A stretch of 47,804 bases of DNA from Jimgerdemannia flammicorona (lineage: Eukaryota), in contig RBNJ01000041.1 in NCBI GenBank assembly GCA_003990765.1, positions 1 through 47,804 of the forward strand, in the 5' to 3' direction. The translations under genes were made by a program, and so were the position numbers. Each line of letters begins with the position of its first letter. The stretch's first letter is position 1. This document shows positions 45,693 to 47,804 of this stretch, piece after piece. The notes beneath the pieces are model-generated. The model had not been told where the DNA came from, searched no databases, and saw nothing but the letters and a program-made list of their open reading frames with translations.

Positions 45693-47804
45693 TGTAAGAG
45701 AGTTGCTTTTTAGGGTAACTGTTATGTAGTTCTAGAAGAGTTTTCTGGAAGTTCTGAATATTCTAGAAGACTGTTTTCTTATTATAGTCAAGATTAATTT
45801 TATATGGAGTACATCCTCTATACTTATTGATTTCAAGATTGGATTGATGTCTCAACCAAAGTCCTTTTTCAGACTAGTTCTGGATATTCAGGATTTTCTG
45901 TATTTCAGGAGGTTCAAGAAACTAAGACCAGCTTAGTTGAATTGGCATATCACTACAGACAATACCTAATTAGGAAATTTCATAATGGGGTTAGGAGTAG
46001 GACCTAACGGGAAGTGAATTTACTTAAGAGTGGTTTGTAGGTTATTAAATAGGTTTATTCACTATTCATGATATTGCTATACTAGGAGTAGTTGTGTAAA
46101 GAGATATTGTGGAGAAGTATTCAGGATTGTTTTTGTGTGTTTGAGTCTGAGATTCTGAGGTCTGGGGGAGAGAGTATTTATACTAGTGAGGGGCTATCTG
46201 GACTATGCTAAATATGGATATAGCACTTAGTGCCTTGCTGAGTCAGAATGCAGTCACATAGTATAAGTGTGATCTGACATGTCAAGAGATCGTCTGACTG
46301 CTGAGTCAGTTCACAGTCACGTTGTATAAGGCTAATATAACTATACTATGACTGTTAAGCTATTAATAGATTTAGATGCTGTCTGGGTAGTCTTCGATGA
46401 CATCACCATCGATGACATTATCTCTGATAAAGTAGTCATCTAGAAAGAGTGGTTCACAGATTACTTCTTCTTATTTATTGAGATAATATATTGGGACTTC
46501 ATCACCATCCCACAGGATTGCATTGTCTGTCTCATATGCTGGATAAGGTGTTGGTGGGTGAAGGAGTGGTGCATCATCTTTGCTTTCATCAGATTCACTG
46601 TCTGCATACCTTCTATAGGTTACAGCACTATGAGTTACAGGGTTATAGTAAGCTAGTGGCTGTGGCTGATGAAGGTGGCCAGGGATTGAATTTGAGCAGA
46701 AAGGAGGTCCCAGATTAGTTGGGATACTCTTGTGACACTGGTGGACAGGGGAGGTCTTGGCCTTGTGGATTTTTCCAAGAGGTTGCACTGTCTGTGAGCC
46801 TGGTGGCTGAAGAGAGTGGCTGAACTGCAGGGTGGGGGTTGGGTACTTCTGATGCAGAAGGTGTGAGAGATGAGAAGCTCCCCCCAAAGGTCCTCAGGAG
46901 ATCTACTCTCTCTGGTAGGGCTTTATGGAATTTGGTGGCTGCAATTTAAGGGCTTTTGGTGGGGAGTGGTTGATGGAGCTCATCAAATTGGTTTGCGCTG
47001 GCAAGGCAATGAGGGGGAGGAGTTGTGGGGTCCTTGTATGTGGCAATGGGATAGACTGCTTTTGGGGGGTTCTCCACTTGTTACTTTTGATATTGGGGAT
47101 GGAGTGGAGTGTCAGCAGGGTCTTGGCCAAGACCTTTGACCAAGTGGTTGGCAGGTAGTCAGGATCGGCAAGAAGTGGGACTGGGCTGGTATCTGGTCTT
47201 GGAGTGCTGAGGTGTAGTGGTGGCTTTCCCCCAAGTTCTGGGTGGTGTGGTGGCAAATGCTGTAGAGGAACATCATACACTGGGCATCTGGTGGATGGTG
47301 GCTGTTTTGATTATGAGGAGTGTTACAATGTAGAGCAAGTTGGAGATTTGGTGCAGATGCCAGAACATTGGCTGGGGGAGTGTGAGGTTTTGGGGGACTT
47401 TTGGGTTGAGATAGGGAATAGACTAGGGGTGGAGTGCAGGCAAGCAGGTGAAGGGAATTGCTGGGAGGACTTGAGATCTCAGCTGGTGGGGGGGGTGGGT
47501 GATAGTTGGCTCATTGTTGGGTAGGTGTTAGTAGTTTGGGTAGGGCTAGCAGGATATTGGCTATTTGTGTTTGAGGAGGAGCAGCAGATGAGCCTACAGG
47601 AGAAGGTTGTAAGGTAGGAGGAGCTGTTGGGAGATCTGTTGACTGGATGGTGGATAGGTTGGGGTCCCTCAGGGGGGCAGCAGTGTGGTTTGGTGACAAG
47701 GATATGTGAACAGAGTAGTGGGAGGGTTGGAATTGTATTCAATAGAGTGGTATTTCATCGAGAAAGGGTAGGGGGGAGGGGTCTCCCTAGGGGGATTGGA
47801 TAGG
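45693..47804 (-). repeat. variant family C LTR (shared 45693-~46660; different Pro/Ser/Thr-rich sequence upstream); runs off the window
   Basis: Starts TGTAAGAG on +; aligns with 36011-36975, then diverges completely. Confidence 0.8.

Overview
Eukaryotic, most likely fungal, repeat-dense DNA. Short GT-AG introns with CTAAC-like branch sites support this; an early-diverging lineage such as Mucoromycota is my inference only. Most of the window is nested, C:G->T:A-eroded transposons. There are two full-length dUTPase-carrying Ty3/Gypsy elements (A 6592-13301, B 30407-41147) and a chromodomain Ty3/Gypsy family C with ~2-kb LTRs (3' half of an element, a solo LTR and variant LTRs). Also present are the 5' end of element D, a chimeric B-pol/LTR-E piece, a hAT end and a nested TIR element full of satellites. 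A CpG-retaining island (~26.2-30.4 kb) holds an apparently intact spliced gene encoding a beta-sandwich domain, a coiled coil and collagen repeats. Main candidate novel system: families A, B and C each carry an extra ORF sharing a ~65-aa helical domain, located after integrase in A and inside the LTR U3 in B and C. A and B also encode integrase as a separate ORF joined by an ATG/stop overlap, and the LTR families carry their own repeated palindromes upstream of the TATA box. All translations and alignments were done by eye; no database searches were run.
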